A program made the position numbers and the translations under genes. Source: Utricularia gibba (lineage: Eukaryota > Plantae > Magnoliophyta). Taken from it: a stretch of DNA of 64,000 nucleotides. The stretch spans positions 2,108,001 to 2,172,000 of the forward strand of contig NEEC01000004.1 of assembly GCA_002189035.1 (NCBI GenBank), written 5' to 3'. How positions within the stretch are numbered: position 1 is the first letter of the stretch; each line of letters starts with the position of its first letter. Positions 1 through 14,335 of this stretch are shown here, piece by piece. The notes under the pieces were generated by a model, which searched no databases, had not been told where the DNA came from, and saw only the letters and a program-made list of their open reading frames with translations.

Positions 1-880
1 CCTTGAAAACATGTTGATATAGTGTGAATATGTTTCATTCTCATTCATATGCTTAAAGAATATATTTTCCAAAGCTTTGGCAAGCATCTCTACATCAAGC
101 CTCACATTTAGACTCTCATTTTGTCTAGATAATTGCTTATGAACTTGAGTGATTACATCTTTTTCAAATTGCAATCTTGTGCTTAAAGAACCACAAAATC
201 ATTTTGGATTCCACAAGCAATACTCAGGAAGGTAAAAATTTGAAATCTTGCATATTGGGTATAAGGCCAAGAGCCTAGTGATGGTTACGCATCCCACATT
301 GGTTACAGAGGATGTGCTTAAATAGAGAGACCTCTCCTAATCTTGCATGAGGCCTTCCCCCAAGAAGGAGAGAACATAAAACTATGAGTGTTGGGTGCCC
401 AAAGCGGACAATATCACGCAAGGCGAGTGAGGGTCGTGACATTGGGCATGAGGGAAAACTGTTATCTTTTTCTTTGAACTTGTTTTCAACTCTAAGTGCA
501 GGTGGCTTGTAGACTCTTTTGTGTTGTTTATCTCCATTCTTGGAACTAAAGGTTATTGTATTGAATGCTTTTTCTTTGACATCTAGAGGCTTGTTATGCA
601 ATCCAAATGCTTTAATTCACAACCTTCAATTTTTATTAGCTCAACAAGAAACTGGACAAGATCTCCTAATGTCAATTGAAGGTTGTTGAGAGCACTCCAT
701 TAGTGAGAAATCTATGTAGCTTAGTTCTTAACATTATCCATGCCTCCTTTGGAGTTTCAAAATCTTGGATAACCTCATATGCCTCTCACATAATGGCAGC
801 ATCAAAGATGGCATAAACTTTTCTTTCTTTTGTTTTGTAGTTTTTTGAGGATTACAACATCAATAGTTCTTCTTCAAAAA
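1..880 (-). mobile_element. Degraded LTR-retrotransposon coding remnant (probable gag-like)
   Basis: Minus-strand ORF 275-601 ends in a zinc-knuckle-like CNQCGMRNH. It lies directly beside a Copia LTR and shows no host-gene motif. The assignment is weak. Confidence 0.3.
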
Positions 881-1588
881 GTAATCCCATAAATCTTGAT
901 GTTGTTGAATTTTGATGAGATAATTCGAATGTTTCCTTTGAGACTATGCAAAGTAGATGAACTCTACCTTAAGCAACAACACAAAGAAGAAGATGGAGAA
1001 AAAAAAAGAAAAAATTGAGCAAATATGAATGATTGGACCTTATGAAACATGTGAAATAATATTGATGAAAAAATAGAATGGCCTACACGAGTAAGGGCCC
1101 ACTGATAGTACATGAAGTAAAGTTGCAATCTAAACGGTTATTTTCCTTACCATTGATAATACATGGACCTTATGAAGCATATGAAATAAAGTGCTCACTT
1201 TCTTGAGTAAAAACATCATACAACATTTCTGAATCTTTATAAAAGCTCAACATTGACAAACATCAAAACATCTCTTGTGGTTTTCCGTTTTTGCAAGATC
1301 AAAATGGCAAAAAACAGCTCCAACACACTCTTACCTCGTGTATTTGATGCTCAAAATTATACAAAATGGGCAGCTAAGATGACAAATCATATGAAAATGC
1401 TCAAACTTTGGGAGGTTTTCACTTTGGGATCAACCTTCGCTCACTTTTATGCTATTGCTAGTCCCAAATGAGAAGAAAAGAAACTTTAGACTCATAGTAT
1501 GCTCGATGCAACAATTGATGGGAAAGCTCATGACCATATTATCACCTGCACTTCACCAAACGAAGCAGGGAGTGTACTAGTTGAAGAA

Positions 1589-2155
1589 TGATGGTGTCAG
1601 GAAAAACAAATTCGACCATAGGCAATACAATGGCATACGCATATAAATTGGTCCCAGGCAACCAATAAAGTAGGTGCACACTTGCGAGGAAAGGAAAAGG
1701 TTGGCATCAGATGCCAATCATTTTAATATATTTTGAAAAATAGCCAGCCTATAGGATTTCAAGCTAGATGATAGTTGCCTGTTAGTAGGACCACATACAA
1801 GATCAACCTTATCCTGTCAGGTGTAGAAAGTAGCTGTCATTCTCAGCGATCGGTCGACCAGGGGTCTTCTATAAATAGGAGCCCAACTCAATGGAAACGC
1901 ATTCGACATTCTACACTCTTGATGCGCCTTTGTAATTTTCTCTTTTCTCCTTAGTGAAATCCTTTCTAAGATGAGCTCCCCGAACTTTGTGGTTTTCCAT
2001 TAAGGCGATTCCCACGTAAAAATCCTAGTTTTATTTTATCGCTTTCTTTAACATCTTAATCGCAATCCCATAAATCAATAAACAAAGCCATCAAAACATC
2101 TGATTTACAACATAAAATCGGACCCTTCCACTATACTAATTTTTCAACCACAACA
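1589..2155 (+). mobile_element. Solo LTR nested in the Copia gag
   Basis: TG...CA ends, 5-bp TSD AAGAA (1584-1588 and 2156-2160), internal ctataaatagg TATA and cccacgtaaaaatc motif. Removing it restores gag ...VLVEEFS.... Confidence 0.8.
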
Positions 2156-3375
2156 AAGAATTTTCTATGACAAATGAAAAGAGGGAGAAGGAAATAACCA
2201 AAATATGGGAATGGTTGATCAACTCAAGCTCCCTATAGGACGTTCTATTACTAGCTTCAATGACACCATTCCACTAGTTGTAAAGAAACTCAAAACTCTT
2301 AGAAAAATAGTGGAAGAAAGTGGGCTTAAAAAAAAATTGTGGCTGCATTTCTTGAATCATATTTCTCCGATGTCTTGGAAAAATTGTGCCCATAAAAATT
2401 GTAAAGAAACTCAAAACTCTTGGAAAAACTCTTGGCAAACTATGTAGATCTTCTTTTGGTGAAGTCACTTGGAAAGCATCAAGGAAGCTAGAACTAATTC
2501 ATATCGATGTCTGTGTTCCCACGGCTACAAATACTCCTATTGGAAGCAAGCATTACCTAATTTTCATTGATGATTACACTAAATTTGGTTGGATATTTTT
2601 TTAGAAAAATTGGTCTAAAGTAGTGGAATGTTCAAAAAATTTAAAGCTCAAGTAGAAAATCAAAGTACATAAAAGATCAAACAATTGTAGACTAACAAAG
2701 GAGGGAATATACACCAAACTGAATTGGCAGACATATGTGATCAAGTTATAAACCAATTTACAGTGTCCTATATGGCACAACAGAATGGCACGAGTGAGAG
2801 GAGGAATAGAACCATTACTAAAATGGCCAGGTGCTTCTAATATGAGAAGAAAATTCCTGTGAAATATTGAGCTAAAGTTGTAAATATAGTTGTGAACCTA
2901 ATGTTTATGGGCATTAGAACTTATGTGTAAATTTGGTATTGAATTTCTTTCCCCATTATGTTCCTTAAGTGCATTTTCTTCCATGATTAAGGTTAGTACT
3001 TTATGATTGACCATGCTTAGATTTGTAAATTACTACTATTAGGAAAATATTGCAATTCTTTTTCTTTCTAAATATCAACCTCTTATTGCATGCTTTAGGA
3101 AAGACTACACCATGACTATATTTCCTTTCTTTGTATGTATTACTCAGTGAAAAAATTTCTATTGTTCCTATCATGACTAGACCGAAAAAAAAAGAAAAGG
3201 ATATTAGGGGTGCCAAATGAAAGGTGGTTGGGCAAAACCATGGTTAACCACCCCACATTATGTTTTGTAGTCTAAACAATCTTCACCAAAGCGAAAACTC
3301 CTTCAAAAAAACAAAAAACAATGGTCTCTAGTTACTATAGTATATTTTTATTGTTGGTTTTATTTACCTTGACGA

Positions 3376-4665
3376 TGTTAGTGTACTAAGTAGTTACTAG
3401 TGTAAGTCTTTATCTGATGTATGCCCATTTGCATGAATAGCCTTAATTTGATTGAACGATAGGGAAAAAATTGGAATAAATACTTGCGGTAGAATGAAGA
3501 TGCCTTAGTAACATATCATGATCGGGGTTCTATCCTTTTCGTGAATAGCTCAAATTAGAGTTATATAAATAAGCATTTGATTTTGTTAGAAAAATCCAGT
3601 TATTGTTATTTATGTATATTTTTTTGTTGTTTTTTGTGTACTTTGAGCCAAAGTGACAGGAAGCAATTGTGGACTATTGCAAAAGATTTGCAGGAAACAA
3701 GACACTGACATTTCGTGACTTGCATGCAACATAGATCCATTGTAGGTGAAAGAATGACACTATTCAGGTTTCATGACTTACGACATGTCAAAATCTACAA
3801 TAATGATTGGACGCTTATTTGCATGAATGAGAAAGTTGGCTATACAAACAAGATAGAAGGAATGATAGAAAGAGAGTAGAGAAAGTTAATGAACAAGGAA
3901 TGTGAATTTAAGCAAATTGGGAACACTTTTTATCAGACTTTTTTTCTCATTTTTCACATTAGAACTTTTCGTAATTTCAGTTTCCGTTTTCACAACCATT
4001 TGTGATTGAGCTTTCTTAATTTTTAGGGATAGATGAAGTTTCCTTTCACTTTCCTTTTTGCAATTACAGTCTTTCTGTAATGTCTCTTAGTCAATATCCT
4101 TAAATAGTCGGCCACTACTCACGAATTTTGATGAAGAGTAAAGTAAAAAGTACAATCTCCAACCCTATTGGTTCGAGAGAGATAACAAATTGTTTATGAT
4201 TAGGATACTTCGTTAATAGACAAGTAGTGACCTTGTACCTATAATTGATCATTGGAAACAGTTGAGTGCACACGTATAATTTAGTTTTAAAGTCAATCGA
4301 CGACAATCCTTTTATCCTTTCAATCGTCCAAGAGGGAATTAAATGGGGCTATTTCGGTGCCTCCTTATACAAAAATGTAAGGGAGAGACAAAGTAGAAAA
4401 TAGAATCTCTTTTCGAGAACTACTTCCCTTAGTTAAGATCCATTATTTACATTATACTTTGTATTCAAGTGTTTTAAAATCTCTTTAACAAGCCCATGAC
4501 AATTTATAAAAGTTTACAGAAAATGCTTTTCAGAAAACTTAATTCTTTGATATCGATACTTGCACAACACTTATTTGTGTTTTACGTTTTTTATAATTAA
4601 AATTTATTAAGGAAACGACATGCAATAGACACTATACTTGAACATTATGAAGTGATCACCACATA
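3376..4665. mobile_element. Probable second nested insertion (LTR-like non-coding DNA) between integrase and RT
   Basis: About 1.3 kb with no Copia coding similarity interrupts the element between integrase and RT. No TSD was found and the boundaries are approximate. Confidence 0.35.
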
Positions 4666-7600
4666 AACTGTTGAGGGAGAAAATAATGAATCATAAAAAC
4701 CTAGTGATACTGAAAAGGAAACCTCTGATGGAGAAATATCTTGTGACAATACATTTGACTTCTCAAGAGATAAAACAAAGGTGTAATGGTACAAGTACCT
4801 CAAGGATATTTCCTACAAAGCTCTTTCAAGTCGAGAACCTTACACTGTGGCTAAAGCACTCAAGCATCTAGGATGATATTAGGCCATAACCACCGACCTT
4901 AGGTTATTGAGAGAAATGGCACTTGGACTCTTGTTGAAAGACATACAAATAAAAAAGTGATTGGTACTGAATGAGTGTACAGGTTGAAGCTAAATCCAGA
5001 TGCCATAGCAAATAAGCTAAAGGGTAGACTCATAGCAAAAGGATACAGTCAAAAAAAAAGGTATTGATGATCAAGAAACCTTTGCAGTAGTAGCAAGGTT
5101 GGACACAATAAAACTTCTCTTAGGAATTGCAGCATGTAAAGGATAGCATGTGTAGCATTTAGATGTTAAATTGGCTCTCTTGAATAGTGATTTGGCTGAA
5201 GAAATTTATGTAGAACAACCTCCTGAATTTGCAGAGCTTGGAAAGGAAGATAAAATGCTTATGTTACACAAAGCATTGTGTAGACTTAAATAAGCATCGA
5301 GAGAATGGTACAATAAAATTGATAACTACTAGTGCAACAAGGATTCATATGTAGTGAGAATGACCCAACTCTATACGTGCTTAAATGCAAAGGTGAAGAT
5401 ACAATTATTGCCCATGATATTTTGATTACAAGAGGAAATGAAACTAAGCTAGAGAGATTGAAACAACAACTGATGAGTGTCTTTAAAATGATTGATCTTA
5501 GACTTGAGGTTACACAAACTGTCAAAGCTATACACCTAAGCCAAAAGAAATATGCAAGTGACTAAATTAGGAGATATGAGATGGATATAAGAAAGCATGC
5601 TTCAGTCCCTATTTTTCCATATGTTAAACTTGTGGCAATTTAAAAAGACAATAAGAGAGCAATTTTTTATCCAAATGACCTAACAGATGAAATAGCTTAC
5701 ACAAGTATAATAGGATCAATGATATAACATCAACCAAACCCCATATCACATTTGCAATCCAATTTATATCCAGGTTCATGACCATACCCTATCAAGTTCA
5801 TCTTGATTGTGCAAAAAGAGTGCTCAACTGCATAAATTGTAAATTAAATTTAAATCTGACCTTCAAAAAATACTCTAATCTTTCTCTGAAGTGCTATGTA
5901 GATAATGACTTTGTAGGTGATTCCAGTGACTTCAAATCAACAACCGTGTACATTTTTCTACTAGGAGGAACAACATTCGCATGGAATAGCAAAAAACAAG
6001 AGGTTGTAGCTTAATCTTCAGCTGAAGAGGAATACATTGCGGATGCTACTGTTACAAATCATGCTATATGGATACTGAAACTACTCAAAGATCTAAAAAT
6101 GCCAGCACTGAAGCCAATGAAACTCAAGATTGATAACAAATCAGCCATTTGTATGGCTAAGAACCCAGTTTTTTTTTTTATCGGAGCAAACAAATTAATG
6201 TGAAATTTCATGCCCTCAAAAAACTATGTAAAGGAAAAAATGAATGAGGTGGAGCATGTTACCTCAAAAGAACAGTTTGCAGACCCCCTCACAGAATTGC
6301 TGCACTCACACAGATTCTTGCTATCTGAGGTGTCAGATAGGGCTTAAAGTAAATTATGAAGATCAAGACTCAAAAGTAACTAAGTAAATTGAACTGTCAT
6401 GAGATAAGTTTTATGTTTCTTGTGAGACCGTATGAAGTAAATGAACTCCACCTTGAGCAGCAACACAAGGAAGAAGATGGAGAAAAAAAAACAGAAAAAA
6501 CTGGGCAAATATGAACGATTGGGCTGTATGAAACATGTGAAATAATAGTGGGACAAAAGATGAAAAAATAAAGCAACCCACACGAATAAGAGCCCACTGA
6601 TAGTACATGGAGTAAAGCTGAATTACAACAGCTATTTTCCTTACCGTTGAGTTCCAAATTTAACTATAAACTGTACATTGCCTATAAGAAAAAATGCTCA
6701 CATTCTTAAGTAAAAACACCATACAAAATTTCTTCATCTTCAGTCTAAAACAAGCCTCCTAGTTCCTGAGTTACACATTTTATTTCAGATGCATCAATTG
6801 ATTCTACCTCTTTTTCTTCCAGATCCAATACTCCTTTGGTTTTTTTCCATCAACAAGTGGCGCTTGAAAGTTTGCAGCAGCCATTCCGCAAGTTTGGAGG
6901 AAGATGAAACAAACACAAGAGAACGGTATGTGTGGAACTCTTGTTTCACGTAGGGTTCAGCAAGAACAGTTTTTGGGAATTCTTCAATATCAAGGTGGTT
7001 ATGAGACAAGGATATGGATATCAACAAAGTTGTATTGTAAACTGAGATCAAAATCAACTACATATCATGCTTTTTTTACTTTTATTTATAGAGGCCTACT
7101 TTAATATTCAATAACGTTCAAATAAATGAATTTTAGCGATGTGTTCGTTGGTTTATAGAGTGAGATGATCACTCCACATTTCAGGCCCAAGCTTCAAATC
7201 CAGTGCATTTCTAGATTATTATTCGTCATGGCCAGATTCTTAAGAAAAGCTTGGTCCCCCATACTATCTTCTTATGCTGTTTTCATTTTGTCGCCCTCTC
7301 TTTCATGCTCCTAATCTGAATTTCCACATCAATCTGCTTCCTGTTTTCATCAATACCTGCCCTCGTTCAAAAGCTTGAAATATGTCCACACAGCTTTCAA
7401 GCTCCACATGACCTCAAAGTTCATTCAGTTCACCTCTACTCCATCACGTGTGCAAACTTGCTTCTGCCCCAAACTTGACGTTCATTTTGTCGCCAGCCTT
7501 CAAATACGTCGGTTGAGCCGTTGAGGAAGAGAGATCAAGCATTATGAAAAGTGATATGAACAAGTAGTTATTAATCAAGTCAGTGATCATGCAGCGGAGA

Positions 7601-9399
7601 ACTAAGCACGGTTGAGGAACGAATTCAGTAAGGTAAGTGTAAGAAAATGAATCATTCGCTTGGCGCTGTTGGTTAATTTATATGCAAGAGAAGCAGCAGC
7701 GTTTACACTGAGAAGGGACTCAACTCCCAATTGAAAACTGATTGTTTCTTCACTCTCTACTTGTCCCAGTTCATTTTCTTTTGTAGCATTGCGATTCATT
7801 ACATGGGTTGCCTCCGAGACATTGGATGAGAATATACGTAAATGTTGAAAAGTTGAGTGAAGAAACCTCACATTGGTATATAATTGTCCAGGTTGTTCTG
7901 GATTCTTTGATTCTTAGAGGTCATTTGATAGTAGGATATTAGTATGTTAAGTATAGTATAATTTAGTGTATATATATAATCAATTGTATATAATATTTGA
8001 TATCCAAAAATAAAAGTATTAATATGTAAGTGGTATAAATATAATTAGTTCATTTCCTTCATTTGCATATATCACCCACATGCTCAAAAAATAAATATGT
8101 GAGTGATATAGTTATATAAAATTGATGTAGATATACTAATTAATCAAACAGTGATTGATGTGTAAACTTGTGTATAAATTTCCTATACAATATTACCAAA
8201 CTTCCTCTTAATCAAATCAGCATTCCTGTGTTCGTATTGTATTGTATTTCGTGTTTTTTGTAATAAAAAATTGCTAGGTGTGTTTTTTTTTAAAAAGATT
8301 AGGGAACTTCTCCCAAAAAGACGAACAAAGCCCTCCGAACTGTCACAACCAGATTCGGAATCGTTCGAATTATCTTGGATCCACACACTGGAAATGAAAC
8401 AAAAGACAAAAAATGAGGTCATGTAGGCATTTTGGTCATTGTCTACAGTGACAAACGTAACCTTTCATTCTATCTTTACACAAAATCCATATTTTTTTTC
8501 CTCAGGACTATGATTAGGAATAACAAATTAAATTAAATGAACATATCCAAATAATAAATAGATTTAAATTCAAATAAAGAATAATAATAACCGTAATAAT
8601 TTACAGGCGAGCGTGAGGTCAATTCGAATTTAGTGTTGGAGGTGTGGGGGTCTACATGATGGTGATGGCAACAAGACAATTCACATTGCCACGTGCGGTG
8701 CTCATGGGCATGGATCCATCCATTTCTAAAATAAAATTATTAATTTATTATTTAGTAGAAATAATTGAACCATTTAATTTCTAGGCACATATACTTTATT
8801 ACACGATGATGAGACGCTGCTTCGATTCGTTGCATTATAACCTGAAGCACTTGCAGCATTTTCCATGCCTATAATTTCGCCAGAAACTTACAGCAATAAA
8901 ACTTGCCATCGATGTGACGTGTAACCTGAGACATAAGACGCCAATAATTATCCCAATCTTGGTCCGTTAGGGCTGACGTGGCACTTAGGGTTAACTTGTC
9001 TTCCCGTATCTTCCAGGCTCGCAGAATTTTATGACAGAATCGGGATGTAATTACGTTTGCTTTTGTTAATCAATGAATCGATATGATTGGGCAATACAGT
9101 TTAGGGTTTAGAACCAAATCTTCTCACCCTTGAGCTACAGCATGGTTAAGGCTTTTGGAGGAAACAGTTGCGCAGTTGTGAGTTGTGGAATGGTTGGAAT
9201 GTTATTGATTTCGAAGTTTAGGACTACTCTAAAATGAAACTGTTCTTGTTTTTTTTTCTGTGTTTTTTTTACCGCAGCCATTCATTCATCGACCCTGCTC
9301 CTCTCCGACAAGTTTCTGCCAGCCTCGGCCCCCACGAGCGTTTTTCTCCGCCAACGTCAACTGCCTTCCTTCCCCTCTTTCTCTATGAGCATTCATTCT

Positions 9400-11143
9400 T
9401 TAATCCGCTGCAGTTGGAGATGGGGTTGCAGGCTGGTGGCTCCGCGTCATCTCATATCCACCCCCGTCTTCATCCTCCTGGAACCCCAGATTACTATTAC
9501 CATTATGGGTATACATCCGTTGCTGCTGAAGCGGTACAGGCTGAGGCCACTGCTGCTGCTGTGGCAATGGGGTTGATGTGGAAGAGGGGAGAAGATGGTT
9601 GTTGTTGTTTCTCGCAGCAATCTTGTGCTGGTGCAAGGCTTCAAGCATGTGGAAATAAGGGCATGTCTTGGAGTCCTCGGGGCGATTCTTCTTCGTTTCC
9701 TTTACTTTCTTGTAGTATTTGTTGATGTTTTCCCATTTCTCTTTGCACCTCTTGGAGCTTCTCTTGTACCCCATCTTCCACATTGCTGCCGATATCTCCT
9801 CCCAAAGGGGCCCCTTTGCTCCCGCGTCGTGGTACTTCAGATCCAAGTTTGTTCGCAGGTTTATCAGCGCTTCAATTTCTGCTTTCGGCCACCGCGATGA
9901 GGATGCAGAACTATTATCCCCTCCTCCTCCGCTCTCTTCTTCTTTCCGCGATGCGCTTGCTTCTGCCTGTGGCGCTTGTTCCGCCGGTGGTTGATGTGGG
10001 TGCTGCAAGACGTTGTTGTTGGCAGTAAATTTTTGTAAGAAATCTATCATGGCGGCGTCTTTGGCGGCGGCCATAGATCTTTCGCGGGCGAGAAGGTCAT
10101 GCTCGCGATTGATTCTTGCCATTTCTTGGGTTCTCCAAGCTTCCTGTTTCGCAATTCGTTCCATTTCTCGTTGCTCCAGAGTCTCCAACAGCCTATTCTG
10201 CCGCTCCTCCTGCTTCTTGATCACTTGGATCATCATCATCTCCAAGTAATCTTTCCATTTTCTCCTCCTCCTCCTCCGCCCTTGCCTCCGCACATCCTCC
10301 CCCTCCTCATCCGAGGTCGATGAGCTAGAAGACATTGTGGTGGAGTCGGAAAGCGTCAAGCTTTGAAAATGAGGAGACGGCTGCTGCTGCTGATGATGAT
10401 TTGCTGCAGTGTAGGCCGCCGGTTGGAATGGAAGATGCGGCGGCAGAACACTCACGGGAGTGGGGCTACTGGGCAAAACGGCGGCTGATGTGATATGCGG
10501 ATTGTTGTAACTCAAATGAGGGTTATCGAGACTGGGGTTGTTCTCAAGAGCTTCCAATTGGTCGAAGAATCTGTAAGTTTTGCCTTCCGATTTCGATGCT
10601 CGCCCATCTTTTGTCCTCTTGTGGTACTTGTAGATATTCTCAAACTTCTCCCTGCATTTCTTAGCACTGCGCTGAAACCCAAGCTCCCCCATTTTCCTGC
10701 GTATTTCAGTTTCCAGTATTTTGAAAACGAAACCACATAGAATTTAACATCCAACAAAAGAAGATGTGGAGAAAGACACTGAAAAGAGGGAAAACACACA
10801 TACACACACACAGTAATGAATCAAATCAAATCATAGTTCGGAGGTCAAAAGAATAGCGGATCAAGAACGAAAAAACCCATTACAAGATAGTAAAAAACCA
10901 TTAGAAGTGAGGGACTACTACTGACCTGGAAACTTGTTCCCAGAGTGGAGCCTTGAGGCTGGAGTCCTTGAAAAGGGGATCCATATCGGAACGAATTTTG
11001 ATCAAAGCCAAAGTTTCTTGCCTCGGCCAACGGCTGCCGGCACCGTCCGCTGGAATCGAAGTCGATGCGCCGACCTCGCTGGCTCCTCCGCCTTTCTGCG
11101 CCTCCGTGGGGTCGCCCATCAGCTCTGAGTCACCGATAACCAT
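9400..11143 (-). CDS. Trihelix transcription factor, GT-2 subfamily (two trihelix domains; GT2/DF1/GTL1-like), 504 aa
   Basis: Exons 11143-10926 and 10696-9400, with a GT-AG intron at 10925-10697 (229 nt, phase 2). N-terminal trihelix RWPRQETLALIKIRS..PLWEQVSR/KM..RSAKKCREKFENIYKY, central coiled coil (EAWRTQEMARINRE), second trihelix RWPKAEIEALI..PLWEEIS..SKRCKEKWENINKYYKK. An alternative ATG lies at 11119. Confidence 0.93.
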
Positions 11144-14100
11144 GTATTAGCTCTCCGCCTCCACTTATGGTGTACGGATCGCCAGCGAGACTGGCGCAGA
11201 AAAATGTTGGGTGAATTCTGGGTTTTCGACAAAGCAGGAGAGAAAAAGAAGAAGACGACGACGACGACGAAGGTCACGGTGAATTTCTTTTATTCGCTCG
11301 TGTGAAACGGATGTAGCTGCGTATTTATCACAACAAATAAAAATAAAAATAAAATATAAAAGACCCAATAATTTGTTTTTATTTTAACGCCAATTAATCT
11401 AAAAATCATTCTCAATTGTCCAGAAAGTGTAGCACATGAGCGTGTACTAGAAACAAAGATTGCCGAGTGTACTCAGTAGCGTTATCACGTGGGTGTTTGT
11501 TTCTCCATCCCATTTTATAGTATTATTTATTAATTTTGTAATAATTTCTGGTTATTTTTCACCGTGAAAACAATTGAAAAAAGGACCCGTGTTCGACATA
11601 TGGAGGTGAATCCTATACACCCCACCAATGCAGGTATTTTACAAAAATGATCATCTTCTTTTTCTCTCTCAAACACTAAAAATATCATTTTTTATAATAC
11701 ACCCAATTCAATGATTTTATTATGTTAATTAACGAATGCCCATTGTTTGGATGATTCCCAATATGCCCCTCTAGTCGTAAAATATATTTACATTAGAGTG
11801 ATTTTTACAAATTTATTTTTATGCTCGCGTGATTTTTACAAATTGAATAAAAAAAAAGAGGGTGATGGCGGTAACCCAACTAGGTAGGTTGCGTGGGGGT
11901 ATTGAATGGGTGATTGCGATGGTTCATTCCAAGTTGGCAATCACGGGGGTGTGTTATTCGTATTACTTATTATAATATGATTCCAGAAATTATTCAAGAG
12001 GGCGTCATTTTTTAAGGGGTGGGATCGAGATTTAAAAACTAGTTAGATGTAGGCCACATAATTAGGCATTCTCATTTATGAAATGAATTAAAGTGTGACC
12101 TACCCCTACACCAATGGAATCTCACCATACACGTACACATGTTTCCAACTTCATGAATCCAATGTATTTCTAGTTTAACCACCTTTCGAGGAGGTGAAAT
12201 GTGAATCCCACAATCATAAATGATTGCTACGGTAGTGAAAGCAATATTCTAGAAAATTTTTGGAGATAATCTTGCATAAAACAAGATAGTTAGTTTTTTT
12301 TACACTATCAATTGTAAAAATAATTCTACCAAAATTAATTTTTAAATTGGACTGCAAAAATTATTTTTAAAAAAGTAAAAAATGGGTTAATTGTACACTT
12401 ATTTCTACTTTTATATCTTATTTCTACAGTTTTTTAGAACATTCACAATCCATTTTTTATTTTTATCAATTATTTCTATTTTTAAAAAATTACATCTAAA
12501 ATTTTTTTAAAATGCTGCTTAAATAAATCTTTGTATCTTGTTAAAAGCTATATTTACGATCTTTTTAGAGCATAAATCATTTGTATTTGATTTACTAAAT
12601 TTTTTCTGTTTCAATTAGATACTTAGTATAATTGAATGCAAGATTATTAGAATATTTATCTAGTTATTAATATTATTGACGTACATTGATCCATGATGAC
12701 GCACACTTTGATGATGCGTATTGTGGGTGATAAATCCATTTGATATAAGCATCGCATCTAACTTAATATACCAATTTTATTGGGTGCAATTTATATATTA
12801 ACAACCAATTTTTATTGAATCATCGATATTAGATTAGATAGGCTGTAAGTTCAAATTTCATCTATCCCAAAATCATGTAATCATTTTTCAACTTAAGATT
12901 TTTTTTCTCATAATAGGATGTGACAATACTTAAGGTTTTTTTATATCATTAAATACACCTAAGATGATTCAAACTTTTTGGGTATTAAAGTTGATACTTT
13001 AGGTTGTGTCACAATAGATTCTTTAACATCTTATATAATAAAAATATCACTTTATAGGCTAGATATCAAAATATTATTTTTTGTATATGTATGACTTTTG
13101 AAATTTTTAAGTTTGTAAAATGATTTCTTTTGATGTATGAATTTTATAAAATATTTTATTAATTAAATATATTATTTAATTATCATTTTAAATATTAATT
13201 AATTATCGTACAAAAATTTAAAATAAAATGAATTTATTTAAGTGTTTATTTATTTTTAAGTAAAGGATGGTTTGTTTGTTTGTGTGTTTAAAAACTGTGT
13301 AGGTGATCGTGGGGTTCGCGTGGGCCCTACTATCCTTTTGGTGTGCTGGTGATGGCGACATGTCACATGCTTATCATCAACCAAACTCATGCACCCATTT
13401 TTCACCACAGAGCTCGTTTTAGGGGGCCACGGCCTGGGGCAAGCTCAACAGACCGGCCGGCATAAACTTTTCTGCGGGTGGGGGAATGGCGAGTCAGGCC
13501 AGGCCCGGCCGGGCCGCCATTCTCTCTCTTTCAGTGTGCTGCAGCTTGCTTGCTCCTCCCTTCTTCTTCTGCTTTTCTGGCGGTGCCGAGGCGGGGCAGG
13601 GCAGAGTTATTCTCTTGAATTGTCGGCGGGCCCATGCAAAGAAAATTACCGGCGTAGAGATGCAGAAAGACTTTAATTTTTGGCATGTGATCATGGGTCA
13701 TGCATGTGGCTTCACTCTTTCTTGTGTGTCTCTTCTCTCTTTTTTGTGTCGGGGCATTGGACCTTTTCAAATGCAATGCAACTAAGCTTTCAACAAGACT
13801 AGAATTTCACACTCAAATCGCACAAGTTTAGTCTAGAAAACATCTCCAAAGTGTGCAGTGGCGTTGGCACTTTATAAATTCCTACATTTAATGTGACATG
13901 CGGTAAACAATCTGGTGATCTTGATTTATATTTGAAACACTAGGAGTGTGTTTGGGATTATTGTTACTAGGAATTAGTTAATGGGATGAGATAGTATGCA
14001 ATTTTCATATAACCTGTTCTGCTGATAAATAATAAATGGGATGAAATTAGCATTATTTTATTTTTGTAATTACATATATATGCTTGAATGTCCTAGACGC

Positions 14101-14171
14101 CATGATCAAGCGTTTGTAGTATTTGGAAAATATTGAATTTTAATTCATACATTTTATTGGGCACCGCAAAG

Positions 14172-14174
<3 letters not shown>

Positions 14175-14218
<44 letters not shown>
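14175..14218. repeat. (AT)22 microsatellite
   Basis: Read directly from the sequence. Confidence 0.95.
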
Positions 14219-14220
<2 letters not shown>

Positions 14221-14335
14221 AATTTTAGTGGTGTACACTTCATAAAAAAAATACCAAGTTTTTAAAAAGCTATTGTTTTCCAGACAATGTTAGTATGGTT
14301 TCACGGGGATCGGAGAGCATAAACAAAAAAATATA

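Larger units (their letters stand above)
916..6777 (+). mobile_element. Decayed Ty1/Copia LTR retrotransposon with nested insertions
   Basis: Diverged direct repeats at about 916-1252 and 6401-6777 (shared e.g. aagaagatggagaaaaaaaa, tatgaaacatgtgaaataat, gtaaaaaca(t/c)catacaa). Interrupted domains in Copia order: gag (FDAQNYTKWAAKM, 1253-1590), integrase (LELIHIDVC..YLIFIDDYTKFGW, QQNG-like, 2386-2900), RT (ETFAVVARLDTIK, EEIYVEQP, 4900-5600), RNase H (YVDNDFVGD..FAWNSKKQEVVA*SSAEEEY, 5780-6300). Many stops and frameshifts. LTR ends are approximate. Confidence 0.85.

Noticed and set aside
6794-7900. Gene-like sequence after the 3' LTR, including a possible B3-like LKAGDK fragment
   Set aside because: No sustained frame or family match, and the similarity is too short.
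9100-9112. tttagggttt telomere-like motif
   Set aside because: Only about 1.5 units, which is common by chance or as a telo-box.
9234-10740. Many plus-strand ORFs overlapping the GT-2 gene
   Set aside because: Antisense shadows of a GC-rich coding exon with no recognisable domains.
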